Assembly (NCBI GenBank): GCA_963726745.1
Contig: CAVSDR010000003.1
Location: 800,001 to 864,000 of the forward strand
Reading direction: 5' to 3'
Length of the DNA: 64,000 bases
Source: an uncultured Verrucomicrobiae bacterium
Lineage (GTDB): Bacteria; Verrucomicrobiota; Verrucomicrobiia; Chthoniobacterales; UBA10450
Shown: positions 21,462 through 30,872 of the stretch, piece by piece
Layout: each line of letters opens with the position of its first letter
Numbering within the stretch: position 1 is the stretch's first letter
Position numbers and translations under genes: made by a program
The notes under the pieces: model-generated
The model's database searches: none
The model's input: only the letters and a program-made list of their open reading frames with translations
What the model was told of the DNA's origin: nothing

Positions 21462-22844
21462 ATGAGCCTTGCCGGCATCGAATCGGAACGAGTCGCACCG
21501 CTGAATGAGCGCCTTGTCGCGCGCGGCGACTACGTGCTCTACTGGATGCAGCAAGCGCAGCGAGCGCGGTTCAATCACGCGCTCGAGTATGCGATTGCGC
21601 GGGCGAACAAGCTCGGGCAGCCGCTGCTCGTCGCCTTCGGCTTGATGGACGATTACCCGGAGGCAAACGCGCGGCATTACGCCTTTCTGCTCGATGGACT
21701 GCGCGACGTGGGCCTGGCGCTGGAGGCGCGCGGGATCGGCTTTGCGGTGCAACATGGCGCGCCGGCCACGGTGGCCATCTCGCTGGCTAAAAACGCTTCG
21801 CTTCTGGTTTGCGATCGCGGCTACCTGACGCCGCAGAAAGCCTGGCGCACTGAGGTAGCGCAAGCCGCCAAGTGCGCGGTGGTGCAAGTCGAGAGCGACG
21901 TCGTCGTCCCGGTAAATGCGGCCTCGGATAAACGCGAGTTTGCCGCCCGCACCCTGCGCCCAAAGCTCACCCGTCTCTGGCCAAAATATCTCCAGCCGGT
22001 CCGCGCCGTCCGGTTGGAAAAGCAGAGCGTGGAGCTGGCGCCGCGCGGGCTCGATTGGCGCAAGCCGGAGAAGTTGCTGGCTAAACTGAAACTCGACCGC
22101 TCAGTCCCACCGGTGCCGCAGCATTTCCGCGGTGGCACCCGGGAGGCAGAGCGCGTCTTCCGGCACTTTTGCCGCGCGCTTTTCGCGGACTACAAGGAGA
22201 CGCGCAATCAGCCGCAAACCGACAACGTCTCGCAGATGAGCAAGTATCTGCACTTCGGCCAGGTCTCGCCGATCTGGCTGGCGCTCGAAGCGCGCCGACA
22301 CGCCGAAGCTGCCGGCAAAACGAACGTCGACAGCTTCATCGATGAGCTCCTGGTCCGGCGCGAACTCTCGATGAATTGGTGCGAGTTCACCCCGGGCTAC
22401 GAAAGTTACCAAGTGCTGCCCGACTGGGCGCAGAAGACGCTGGCTAAACATGCACGCGACCCGCGCCCGCACGTCTACTCCCGTGCCGAGCTCGAACAGG
22501 CCGCAACGCATGATCCCTATTGGAACGCAGCCATGAACGAGATGGTCGCGACCGGTTACATGCACAATCACATGCGCATGTACTGGGGCAAAAAAATCCT
22601 CGAGTGGAGCGCGACGCCGGAGGAAGGACACGCGGCTGCGCTGGCCTTAAACAACAAGTTTTTCCTCGATGGCCGCGACGCTAATTCCTTCGCGAACATC
22701 GCCTGGGTCTTCGGGCAGCACGATCGCCCGTGGCCAGAGCGCCCGGTCTTTGGCAAGGTGCGCTATATGAACGCCGCCGGCCTCGAGCGGAAGTGCGATA
22801 TCGCCGGCTATGTCGCAAAGGTGAACGCGCTGGCTACGCGGTGA
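21462..22844 (+). CDS. phr: Class II CPD DNA photolyase
   Basis: YVLYWM, SKYLHFGQVS, VRRELS, THDPYWNAA, GYMHNHMRMYWGKKILEW, LDGRDAN, HDRPW, FGKVRYMN. Confidence 0.95.
   Translation: MSLAGIESERVAPLNERLVARGDYVLYWMQQAQRARFNHALEYAIARANKLGQPLLVAFGLMDDYPEANARHYAFLLDGLRDVGLALEARGIGFAVQHGAPATVAISLAKNASLLVCDRGYLTPQKAWRTEVAQAAKCAVVQVESDVVVPVNAASDKREFAARTLRPKLTRLWPKYLQPVRAVRLEKQSVELAPRGLDWRKPEKLLAKLKLDRSVPPVPQHFRGGTREAERVFRHFCRALFADYKETRNQPQTDNVSQMSKYLHFGQVSPIWLALEARRHAEAAGKTNVDSFIDELLVRRELSMNWCEFTPGYESYQVLPDWAQKTLAKHARDPRPHVYSRAELEQAATHDPYWNAAMNEMVATGYMHNHMRMYWGKKILEWSATPEEGHAAALALNNKFFLDGRDANSFANIAWVFGQHDRPWPERPVFGKVRYMNAAGLERKCDIAGYVAKVNALATR
22587..22831 (+). repeat. Copy 1 of a 245-bp direct repeat (3' end of the photolyase)
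   Basis: Aligns without gaps to 23902-24146 with 10 substitutions by manual comparison. Confidence 0.97.
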
Positions 22845-23580
22845 CGCTTCTGCGGAGCAAAGCGAGGCCGCTCAAGGCAAAGGCGAGGAGGGCAAGCGTG
22901 CTCCCGGTTTCCGGCACCGATGCCGGACCGGACGGGATCTGGCGCAACTGGAAACCGTTGATGTAGCCGACTTCCTCCCAAGAGAAAGAGATGTTCTGGG
23001 TCGCGGAATCGGCGGTAAAACTGCCGAGCACGTACTCGCCTAGCCCGCCGACCGCGTGGTCGTCGTTGCTGTAGAGCGTCACGCTCGTCGTGCCGGTGGT
23101 CAGCTTGTTGTCGTAGCTGAATTGGTCGGAAGATTGGTTCACCCAAAGTTGGAACTGATACTGCACACCGGCGATCAAGCCGGACATAATGAGGTTGAGC
23201 GTGCCGGAAACGCCTACGACGTGCGACATGAGCAGGGCCTGATACTGCGCGGTGAGCGTGCTGAAGGGTGCGCTCGAGGAGCCGGAATCCACGTTGCTGG
23301 CAAAAGTCCCGCCGCTCGAAGCGAGGGTGAAATTACCCACGGTGCCATTGCCGCCGGGGGCGGCGAAGCTTTGGAACGGGACGCCATTGACGGTCGTGCT
23401 CGGGACCCCGACACCACCGACGTTAAAGGCACCAACGAGGTTACCGTTTGTGCTCACATCGGCGTTGCCTGAGATCTGGGCGGGGACACCCCAGGCGATG
23501 TCGGCCGCGCCTGCGGAGTGGAGGAATAGCGCGGAGAGGCCGGCAACGGCCACAACAACGACAGCGAATCGCTTCTTCAT
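22834..23580 (-). CDS. PEP-CTERM (VPDSG-like) sorted surface protein
   Basis: Signal peptide MKKRFAVVVVAVAG, C-terminal VPETGSTLALLAFALSGLALLRR. Confidence 0.87.
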   Translation of the reverse strand: MKKRFAVVVVAVAGLSALFLHSAGAADIAWGVPAQISGNADVSTNGNLVGAFNVGGVGVPSTTVNGVPFQSFAAPGGNGTVGNFTLASSGGTFASNVDSGSSSAPFSTLTAQYQALLMSHVVGVSGTLNLIMSGLIAGVQYQFQLWVNQSSDQFSYDNKLTTGTTSVTLYSNDDHAVGGLGEYVLGSFTADSATQNISFSWEEVGYINGFQLRQIPSGPASVPETGSTLALLAFALSGLALLRRSVTA

Positions 23581-23632
23581 AGTTTCGGGGAAGGGAGGGG
23601 GTAGACCAGCTTCTCTGGACGCCTGCGCGTCG

Positions 23633-23675
23633 CTGGATTGCGGCTTTTGAAACAAAAGCCACAAGCCGTGTCCAG
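23633..23675. promoter_or_regulatory. Intergenic hairpin (terminator or operator) between the 53-aa gene and the PEP-CTERM gene
   Basis: TTGCGGCTTTTG-AAA-CAAAAGCCACAA (23638-23664; 12-bp arms, 1 mismatch) with outer CTGGA/TCCAG pairing. Confidence 0.5.
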
Positions 23676-23723
23676 TGGAAATTCCATACAGAATCCACGC
23701 CCCCGACGAGCCGGCGGAGCCCA

Positions 23724-23885
23724 TCACTGCGCCGGCGGGACCAAATCCCAGTCTTTCGGCACCGGGTCCACTTCGAGATGCCGGGAGGACTCGGTCTTGG
23801 CAAACTCGGCCGCACGCGCGAGGCCGACGACGACCACGAAGGTCACGATGACCCCAAGGATGAAGATGGCGATGAGGTATTCCAT
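23724..23885 (-). CDS. 53-aa single-TM protein, copy 1 (not in the ORF track)
   Basis: MEYLIAIFILGVIVTFVVVVGLARAAEFAKTESSRHLEVDPVPKDWDLVPPAQ; the paralog at 24199-24360 keeps the same frame and length. Confidence 0.85.
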   Translation of the reverse strand: MEYLIAIFILGVIVTFVVVVGLARAAEFAKTESSRHLEVDPVPKDWDLVPPAQ

Positions 23886-23901
23886 CGCCTTCTAGCCTTG
23901 T

Positions 23902-24171
23902 GGCAAAAAAATCCTCGAGTGGAGCGCGACCCCGCAGGAAGGACATGCGGCTGCGCTGGCCTTAAACAACAAGTTTTTCCTCGATGGCCGCGACGCTAAT
24001 TCCTTCGCGAACATCGCCTGGGTCTTCGGGCAGCACGACCGGCCGTGGCCCGAGCGCCCGGTCTTTGGCAAAGTGCGCTACATGAACGCCGCCGGCCTTG
24101 AGCGGAAGTGCGATATCGCCGGCTATGTCGCGAAGGTGAACGCGCTCATGGCGCGCTCCAGACAGAGCTAA
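23902..24171 (+). pseudogene. Start-less 3' fragment of the class II photolyase (repeat copy 2)
   Basis: GKKILEWSATPQEG...KVNALMARSRQS then TAA at 24169-24171; in-frame TAG at 23893-23895 and no start codon before the fragment. Confidence 0.93.
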
Positions 24172-24198
24172 CTCGGACGCGGAGAAAAGCGAGCGACT

Positions 24199-24360
24199 CT
24201 ATTCTGGCGGAGGCACCAAATCCCAATCCTTCGGAACGGGATCGATTTCCAGATGCGTGGCCGTTTCCGTCTTGGCAAACTCCGCGGCCCGCGCCAGCCC
24301 GACGATGACAATGAAGGTGACGATCACCCCAAGGAGGAAGATGGCGATGACGTAGTCCAT
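24199..24360 (-). CDS. 53-aa single-TM protein, copy 2 (not in the ORF track)
   Basis: MDYVIAIFLLGVIVTFIVIVGLARAAEFAKTETATHLEIDPVPKDWDLVPPPE; 42/53 identical to copy 1. Confidence 0.88.
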   Translation of the reverse strand: MDYVIAIFLLGVIVTFIVIVGLARAAEFAKTETATHLEIDPVPKDWDLVPPPE

Positions 24361-24366
24361 CGCGCC

Positions 24367-24561
24367 TCACCCTTTCCGAATACGACTGACGGTGCCGGCG
24401 AGGAGGACGACACGCACGCCCACCCAAAGGGCGAGAATGCTTGGGACCCAAAGGCCGACGAAAACGCCGTAGTCGCGGTTAACGAGAAACCAGAGGGCAA
24501 TGCTGGCCGCGAGACTTGCGACCGTCGCGATGAGAAAAGGATAGTCGATTTTTGTAAACAT
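24367..24561 (-). CDS. Small two-TM membrane protein (GVFVGLWVPSIL motif)
   Basis: 64 aa, hydrophobic; ends 6 nt before the 53-aa gene; divergent from the PhrB-like gene. Confidence 0.8.
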   Translation of the reverse strand: MFTKIDYPFLIATVASLAASIALWFLVNRDYGVFVGLWVPSILALWVGVRVVLLAGTVSRIRKG

Positions 24562-24653
24562 AGGCGTGGAAGGTTACCCAGGCTTACGGCTGTTCCGCCA
24601 GCGCGGACTCAATCACGCGCGTCCGCCCGCCGGGGGGTCGCGAAGTAATAACG

Positions 24654-26180
24654 GTGGAGACGATCTGGATATTAGGCGACCAGCTCTCGCCGGAGCATGC
24701 CGCGCTCGCGCGCGCCAGACCCACGGATGCGCGCGTGCTCATGGTGGAATCGAAGGCGCGCGGCTCGGCGCTGCGTTATCACAAGCTCAAGCTCGTGCTG
24801 GTTTACAGCGCGATGCGGCACTTCGCGGCGGAGCTGCGTGCGCAGGGCTGGACGGTGGATTATCAACCACTCGAGACGAACGCGACTTTTGCCGACGGGC
24901 TGCAGCGTCACCTGAAGAAATTTCGCCCAACCAAGTTGGTCCTGGCCGAGCCCAACTCGTTTGCCGAAACAGACGCGGTCACAAAACTGGCGGCGAAGTT
25001 TTGCATTCCACTTGAACTGCTGCCGACCACGCAGTTTCTCCTGCCGCGCGCGGATTTCCTCGACTGGGCCGGCGGTTCGAAGCGCCTCCTGATGGAGAAT
25101 CATTACCGACGAATGCGGAAACGCTTCGGCTGGCTGATGGACCAGAAGGGCGAGCCAGTTGGTGGTGCGTGGAATTTCGACGCAGAGAATCGCGCGACCT
25201 TCAACAGTTGGAAACGCGCGGACCGCCCGCGCCCGAAGAGCGCGCCGCAGGAAAAGCCGGATGAGGTCACCCGCGAGGTCATGGAAATGGTGACGCGTGA
25301 ATTTCCGGATCATCCGGGCAAGGTCGAGGAGTTTTGGCTGCCAGTGGATCGCGCGGGCGCGCGCCGTTGGCTGCGGCGGTTCATCCAGGAAGCGCTGCCT
25401 AACTTCGGCGCCTACGAAGATCTGATGGTGGCAGGCGAGCCGTTCCTTTTTCACTCCGTGCTTTCGCCGATGCTCAACCTCGGCCTGCTCACTCCGCGCG
25501 AGTGTATCGAGGCCGCGATCGTCGCCTACGAGAAGAAAGCTGCGCCGCTCAATTCGGTCGAAGGATTCGTTAGGCAGATCGCCGGCTGGCGGGAATTCAT
25601 CAACGGGGTCTACTGGCTGCGCGGACCGGACTACAAGAATTTGAACTCGTTAGGTGCCACGCGTCCGTTGCCGGTGTGGTTCAACAGCGGGGAGACGGAG
25701 ATGAATTGCCTCCACCAGGTCATCGGGCAAACCCGCACCCTCGGCTGGAATCATCACATCCAGCGGCTCATGATCCTGGGCAATTTTCTACTGCTGAGCG
25801 GAATCAATCCGCAAGAGGCGCTGCGCTGGTTCAACGAAATGTATATCGACGCCTACGACTGGGTGATGGCGGCGAATGTCATCGGCATGGCGCTGCACGC
25901 CGATGGCGGCTTCATGGCCACGAAGCCTTACGCCGCGAGCAGCACCTACATCAATCGCATGAGCGATTACTGCGCCGGTTGCCGCTTTCAGCCGGCGCTC
26001 AAAACCGGGCCCGACGCTTGCCCGTTCAATTATCTCTACTGGCACTTCATCGATGAGCACGCGGACCGCTTTGGGAAAAACCCGCGCATGAGCACAATCG
26101 TCGGTGGCTGGCTGCGGCGGACGGACGCGAGCAAGCAAGCGGTGCGCGATTCCGCGGGCGCTTTTTTGAAGCAGCTGTAA
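24654..26180 (+). CDS. FeS-cluster cryptochrome/(6-4) photolyase (PhrB/CryB family)
   Basis: ILGDQL, HKLKL, MENHYRRMRK, WNFDAENR, EGFVRQIAGWRE, HHIQRLM, YIDAYDWV, KPYAAS, and four Cys (MNCL, YCAGC, ACPF). Confidence 0.95.
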   Translation: METIWILGDQLSPEHAALARARPTDARVLMVESKARGSALRYHKLKLVLVYSAMRHFAAELRAQGWTVDYQPLETNATFADGLQRHLKKFRPTKLVLAEPNSFAETDAVTKLAAKFCIPLELLPTTQFLLPRADFLDWAGGSKRLLMENHYRRMRKRFGWLMDQKGEPVGGAWNFDAENRATFNSWKRADRPRPKSAPQEKPDEVTREVMEMVTREFPDHPGKVEEFWLPVDRAGARRWLRRFIQEALPNFGAYEDLMVAGEPFLFHSVLSPMLNLGLLTPRECIEAAIVAYEKKAAPLNSVEGFVRQIAGWREFINGVYWLRGPDYKNLNSLGATRPLPVWFNSGETEMNCLHQVIGQTRTLGWNHHIQRLMILGNFLLLSGINPQEALRWFNEMYIDAYDWVMAANVIGMALHADGGFMATKPYAASSTYINRMSDYCAGCRFQPALKTGPDACPFNYLYWHFIDEHADRFGKNPRMSTIVGGWLRRTDASKQAVRDSAGAFLKQL

Positions 26181-26270
26181 GCGCGCGGCCGGATGGCGCG
26201 AGTTGCCCGCAGCGACTGCCGACCTTAGCCTGCCCTCGCATCGCCGCTCAGCAGGCATGCACTCCACTCC

Positions 26271-26681
26271 ATGAAGGTCGAAATTTTTACGCTTTGCGAT
26301 GCCGCCACGGCCGATGCCGGCGGGAAACTAAACATCCTCGGCTCGTTCGATCGCCTGCATGCTGCCTCCGTGCCGGTGACCCATCCGCTCTGCGCCTTGG
26401 CAATGAAATTGCGCTTCGAGAAACTGGAGGAAGGACAGAAGCGGGTGCGCATTTCCTTCATGGATTCCGACGGCACGGCGGTGATGCCGACGCTCGACGC
26501 GGCCACGCAGGTTTCCTTCCCGCCGGAGGAACACAGCGTAACCGCCTGCCTGGTCCTGCAGATTCAACAACTCAAGCTGCCGAACTACGGAGAATATTCG
26601 ATCGATCTGGCGATCGACGGCCGGATCGAGGCGACCGTGCCACTGTTCGTTAGACCGGTGCCGGGCGCGCCGGCTGGTTAG
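26271..26681 (+). CDS. Hypothetical protein (DUF6941-like)
   Basis: LCDAA, GKLNILGSFD, GEYSIDL. Confidence 0.7.
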   Translation: MKVEIFTLCDAATADAGGKLNILGSFDRLHAASVPVTHPLCALAMKLRFEKLEEGQKRVRISFMDSDGTAVMPTLDAATQVSFPPEEHSVTACLVLQIQQLKLPNYGEYSIDLAIDGRIEATVPLFVRPVPGAPAG

Positions 26682-28441
26682 GTCTTCGGTTTCGCTTTCG
26701 TCGCGATCCAGGCGTCGACGTTGCGCTCGAGAAGATCGAGCGGAACCGCGCCGGAAAGCAGGACAACATCGTGAAACTCGCGCAGGTCGAACTTCTCGCC
26801 GAGCGCGCTCTGCGCACGCCCGCGCAGCTCCTTGATCTTCAGCTCGCCGATCTTGTAGGCCAGGGCCTGACCGGGCATGGAGATGTAGCGATCGATCTCG
26901 TTGACGATGTCCTGCTCGGTCTTGGCGGCGTTTTCCTTGAAGAAATCGATCGCCTGCTGCCGGCTCCAATGTTTCACGTGCATCCCGGTGTCGACCACCA
27001 GGCGCACCGCGCGCCACATCTCGTAGGTTAATTGCCCGAACTTCGAATACGGATCGTCATACAGGCCCATATCTTCGCCTAACGACTCCGCGTAGAGCCC
27101 CCAGCCCTCGGTGAACGCGGTGTAGCCGCCGAACCGGCGGAACTTTGGGATCTCGCCCAGCTCCTGCGCGAGTGCGATTTGCAGGTGATGCCCGGGCACG
27201 GCCTCGTGCAGGGAAAGCGCCATCATCTCCCACTTCGGCCGCGTCTCCGGCTTGTAGAGATTCACGTAGTAGCTCCCGGCGCGGGAGCCATCGGCCGCCG
27301 GGCCGTTGTAATAGGCGGTCGTGGTATCGGGCGCAGTTTTGTCCGGAATGGGCACGACGCCGTAAGGCGTGCGCGGCAAAGTCTTGAAGACCTTCACCAG
27401 GTTGGGATCGATCCGCTTGGCCAGGGCGCGGTAGCCTTGCAGGAGCTCGTCGGGCGTCTTGTAGAAGAACTGCTCGTCCGTCCGGAGCTTGGTGAAAAAC
27501 TCCTGCAGCGTCCCCTTGAACCCGACCTGGTCCATGATCGCCTGCATTTGCCCGCGGATGCGCGCGACCTCGCTCAATCCTTTCTGGTGAATCTCCTCGG
27601 GGGTCAGGTCGGTCGTGGTGTAGCGCCGGGCCAGCCAGGTATAAAGCGCGTCGCCCTGCGGCATCTGCCAGACGCCCACCTCGGGGAAGGCCGCCGGCAG
27701 ATACTCGCGATTGAAATACTCCTTCAGTTTCGCGAACGCCGGAACGATCCCGGTCTTGATCGCTTCCCGTGCGGCTTTCGTCAGGCGCTCGCGGTCGGCC
27801 GCGGAGATGTCGTTAGGCCATTTTTTGAAGGGCTTGAAAAACGGGGAGTCCTCCGGGTTCTCGACGATTTGTTTGTCGATCTGCGCCGGGACGCGCTCGA
27901 GCACGACCTTCGGCCACATGATCTTCGCCTTCACGCCCTCGCGCATCAGGGCGAGGTTTTGCTCCATCGATTGTGGGAATGTCTGGAGGCGCTTGAGCCA
28001 GTCCTCGTAGTCCTGCAACGTCTCGAAGCGCAGAAGCTCCGCGATCTCGTCGGCTGTCTGGATGCCGCCGCGCTGGTTGATCGGGAGGAGGAACATCCGG
28101 AAGGGATAACCGGCGATCTCGGTCTCGAGATTCTTCTGGAAGAGGTCGTAGTTCAGTTGGTCGGCCGGCGAGAGTTTGCTGCGGTCGAGCTTCTTCAATT
28201 CCTCGAGCGCAGCCTTCGTGTGCGCTTCCTGTTTCGCCTGCGCCTCCAGGCTGTCGTCGTCCCAGCGGTCGTTCCAACGGCGGTCGCCCAGGGTCGAGGC
28301 GCGGACCGGGTGTTGCTCCATGCGCCATTCCCACTCGCGGTCGAAAAACGCCTGCAAAGCTTTGCCGGCATCCTCCGGGGCCGCTTGGCCTAACGAGCGG
28401 AAAAGAGCAAGAGACAGCAGGATGAGCGCGGATTTTTTCAT
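26678..28441 (-). CDS. DUF885 family secreted metallopeptidase-like protein
   Basis: Signal peptide, HEAVPGHHLQ, EGWGLYAE, RAVRLVVDTGMH, PGQALAYKIG. Confidence 0.93.
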   Translation of the reverse strand: MKKSALILLSLALFRSLGQAAPEDAGKALQAFFDREWEWRMEQHPVRASTLGDRRWNDRWDDDSLEAQAKQEAHTKAALEELKKLDRSKLSPADQLNYDLFQKNLETEIAGYPFRMFLLPINQRGGIQTADEIAELLRFETLQDYEDWLKRLQTFPQSMEQNLALMREGVKAKIMWPKVVLERVPAQIDKQIVENPEDSPFFKPFKKWPNDISAADRERLTKAAREAIKTGIVPAFAKLKEYFNREYLPAAFPEVGVWQMPQGDALYTWLARRYTTTDLTPEEIHQKGLSEVARIRGQMQAIMDQVGFKGTLQEFFTKLRTDEQFFYKTPDELLQGYRALAKRIDPNLVKVFKTLPRTPYGVVPIPDKTAPDTTTAYYNGPAADGSRAGSYYVNLYKPETRPKWEMMALSLHEAVPGHHLQIALAQELGEIPKFRRFGGYTAFTEGWGLYAESLGEDMGLYDDPYSKFGQLTYEMWRAVRLVVDTGMHVKHWSRQQAIDFFKENAAKTEQDIVNEIDRYISMPGQALAYKIGELKIKELRGRAQSALGEKFDLREFHDVVLLSGAVPLDLLERNVDAWIATKAKPKT

Positions 28442-28601
28442 GGAGCGGGTCCCCGAGAGCTAGCCGCCCGCACTGGGCGCGGTCAACAAATAGAAGTTGC
28501 CGGGAGGGGGAGCTTCCACGATTTATTTCCGCCGGTCCCGACAGGCCCCACGCCCGTCCCGCGCAGCGCGCGGCTCACCTCGCCGGCGCCAGAGCTTCCC
28601 T

Positions 28602-30404
28602 ATGAACGACGTCGAACTTCAGCGGCAAAAGGAAATGCAGCAGGCCGAGGAGCTGCTCTTCAGCGGCCACCAGGAGCTTGGTTTTGCCAAGGGCCTTTTC
28701 CTTGGACGCTTCGTGGCCGATTGGGCCATGCCCTACCCGCGGCTTTCCCCAGCGCAGCAAAAGGATCTCGATGCCGCGCTCGCGGAAGTGATCCCATTTT
28801 TAGACAGCGAATTGAGCGCCGAGGAAGTGGATCGCGCCGCGGACATCCCGCGGAGCGTAATCGACGGGCTGGGCCGCGTGGGCGTGCTCGGCATGACCGC
28901 TCCCAAAGCAGTCGGTGGCCGCGGCTTTTCGCAGATGCAGTATTGCAAAGTGCTGGAGGAAATCGGCCGGCGCGATGCCTCGACCGCGGTCTTTACGAAC
29001 GCGCACCACTCCATCGGCGTGCGCGGTTTGCTCCTTTTCGGCACCGAGGAACAGAAAGCCACCTGGCTCCCGCGTTTGATGGATGGGAAGCAGCTCGCTG
29101 CTTTTGCCCTGACGGAACGCGAAGCCGGCTCTGATGCGGCCAACGTGCAGATGACCGCGACGCCTACGGACGATGGCGCGGCCTACATTTTGAATGGCGA
29201 AAAGCGTTACATCACCAACGCCTCCATCGCGCAGGTGCTCACGGTCATGGCGCGCACGCCCGACCCGAAAAAGCCGGGTAAGACGAGCATCACCGCGTTC
29301 CTGGTCACGCCGGACATGGAAGGCTTTGAGATGCTCGAGCCGCGCATGCCGAAGCTCGGGATTCGCGGGACCGCGACGGGACGCTTCGCCTGCAAGAACG
29401 TGCGCGTGCCGAAGGAAAACATCCTCGGCCCGGTGGGCAAAGGCCTGCGCGTCGCGCTCACCGTGCTCGACTTCGGGCGCACCACTTTTGGCGCTTGCTG
29501 CACCGGCGCGGCCAAGACCTGCCTCGATCTCGCGGTGAAACACGCGAACACGCGCCGGCAGTTCAACAAAACGCTGGGCGACTTCGAGCTGGTGAAAAAG
29601 AAAATCGGACGCATGGCGGCCGACATCTACGCGATGGAAGCGATGACCCAGGTGACCGCGTCGCTGATCGATCGCGGCCTCGAGGACTACATGATCGAGA
29701 CCGCGATGCTGAAGGTCTTCACCACCGAGCGGCTCTGGGAAGCGGTCAACGACTCCTTCCAGATCCAGGGAGGCGCGGCTTACTTCGACGATAACCCGAT
29801 GGGCCGGATGCTGCGCGACGCGCGCATTAACCAGATCGGCGAAGGCTCAAACGAAGTGCTCACCTCCTTCATCGCGCTCGTCGGCATGCGCGGGCCGGGC
29901 ATGGAGTTCAAGGAACTCTACGACACCATGCTCAAGCCGTGGCGGCAGGACGGGGTGAAGTCGGCCTTCGACGCGGGGATGAAACGCCTCAACGCGGCGG
30001 TCAAGGTGCCGCAGGTGCCGGTGCAAAACGCGAGCCTCAAAAATTTAGCCAGCCAGCTCGGCCGGCTCGTCTGGCGCTTCAATCTCACGGTCAACCGCGC
30101 GCTCATCCAATACCGCGAGCCGATTCTCGACATGCAACTGATCCAGGAACGCATCGCGGTTTGTGCGACCGAGATGTTCGCCAGCGCCTGCACCTTGAGC
30201 CGGCTGGACGCGGAATTAACCAGCCACTTGAACGGCGCCTCCGCGCCGGCGAATCGCCAGGCGGGCGAGCTTTTCCTCCGCCAGTCGTTCGCCCGTATTC
30301 GGCGCGCGCTCGCGGAGTTTGGCGAAAACGAAGACCGCCGTTTACTCGCGACCGCCGATGCCGTCCTCGGCAAGACTCCGGTCTCGGGCAAAAACGGCGC
30401 CTAG
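28602..30404 (+). CDS. Acyl-CoA dehydrogenase (VLCAD/ACAD9-like, long C-terminus)
   Basis: AFALTEREAGSDA, NGEKRYITN, KLGIRG, RRQF, RDARINQIGEGSNE. Confidence 0.93.
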   Translation: MNDVELQRQKEMQQAEELLFSGHQELGFAKGLFLGRFVADWAMPYPRLSPAQQKDLDAALAEVIPFLDSELSAEEVDRAADIPRSVIDGLGRVGVLGMTAPKAVGGRGFSQMQYCKVLEEIGRRDASTAVFTNAHHSIGVRGLLLFGTEEQKATWLPRLMDGKQLAAFALTEREAGSDAANVQMTATPTDDGAAYILNGEKRYITNASIAQVLTVMARTPDPKKPGKTSITAFLVTPDMEGFEMLEPRMPKLGIRGTATGRFACKNVRVPKENILGPVGKGLRVALTVLDFGRTTFGACCTGAAKTCLDLAVKHANTRRQFNKTLGDFELVKKKIGRMAADIYAMEAMTQVTASLIDRGLEDYMIETAMLKVFTTERLWEAVNDSFQIQGGAAYFDDNPMGRMLRDARINQIGEGSNEVLTSFIALVGMRGPGMEFKELYDTMLKPWRQDGVKSAFDAGMKRLNAAVKVPQVPVQNASLKNLASQLGRLVWRFNLTVNRALIQYREPILDMQLIQERIAVCATEMFASACTLSRLDAELTSHLNGASAPANRQAGELFLRQSFARIRRALAEFGENEDRRLLATADAVLGKTPVSGKNGA

Positions 30405-30820
30405 GTTCGGCGAAAGATGCGCAGCAGTTGGTGCGCACGCGACGGGTCGGAAGCGAATTCGAAGACGGAGAAATCCGCCTCGAGAAACGAGGAAAAGCCC
30501 GGGAGCTCGCGCACCGGCGCGTCGTCGAGGGCGTTGAAACCCATCGACCACTCGGCGAAATCGCGCTCGGCCGAGTCGCCTTCGAGCAGCTTGGTCGCCT
30601 CGCGATGGCGCGGATCCGCCGCGATCCTTTCGTAGGTCGCGAGCACCGCCTCCTTCGGTCCTTCGAGCAGCTGCATGAACCGGCGCTTCCGATAAAGCAG
30701 CATTCCGGTAATGCCATCTCGCTGGTTATTTCGGCGGCTGGTCTCGAGAATGTCGACCAGGTCCTTCTCGGAGAGGTCGCCATTGGCGAGGCTTAGGTAG
30801 ATCAGAAAATGCACGGGCAC
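30401..30820 (-). CDS. Stand-alone BLUF blue-light sensor
   Basis: LIYLS (Tyr), SRRNN, ITGMLLY, FMQLLEG (Gln), DPRH, WSM. The GTG start is approximate (30820 or 30814). Confidence 0.93.
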   Translation of the reverse strand: MPVHFLIYLSLANGDLSEKDLVDILETSRRNNQRDGITGMLLYRKRRFMQLLEGPKEAVLATYERIAADPRHREATKLLEGDSAERDFAEWSMGFNALDDAPVRELPGFSSFLEADFSVFEFASDPSRAHQLLRIFRRT

Positions 30821-30872
30821 CGCCCTATTTCGCAGCGCAGCACGTCCGCAGTTGCATGCTAGTTTCACGAAA

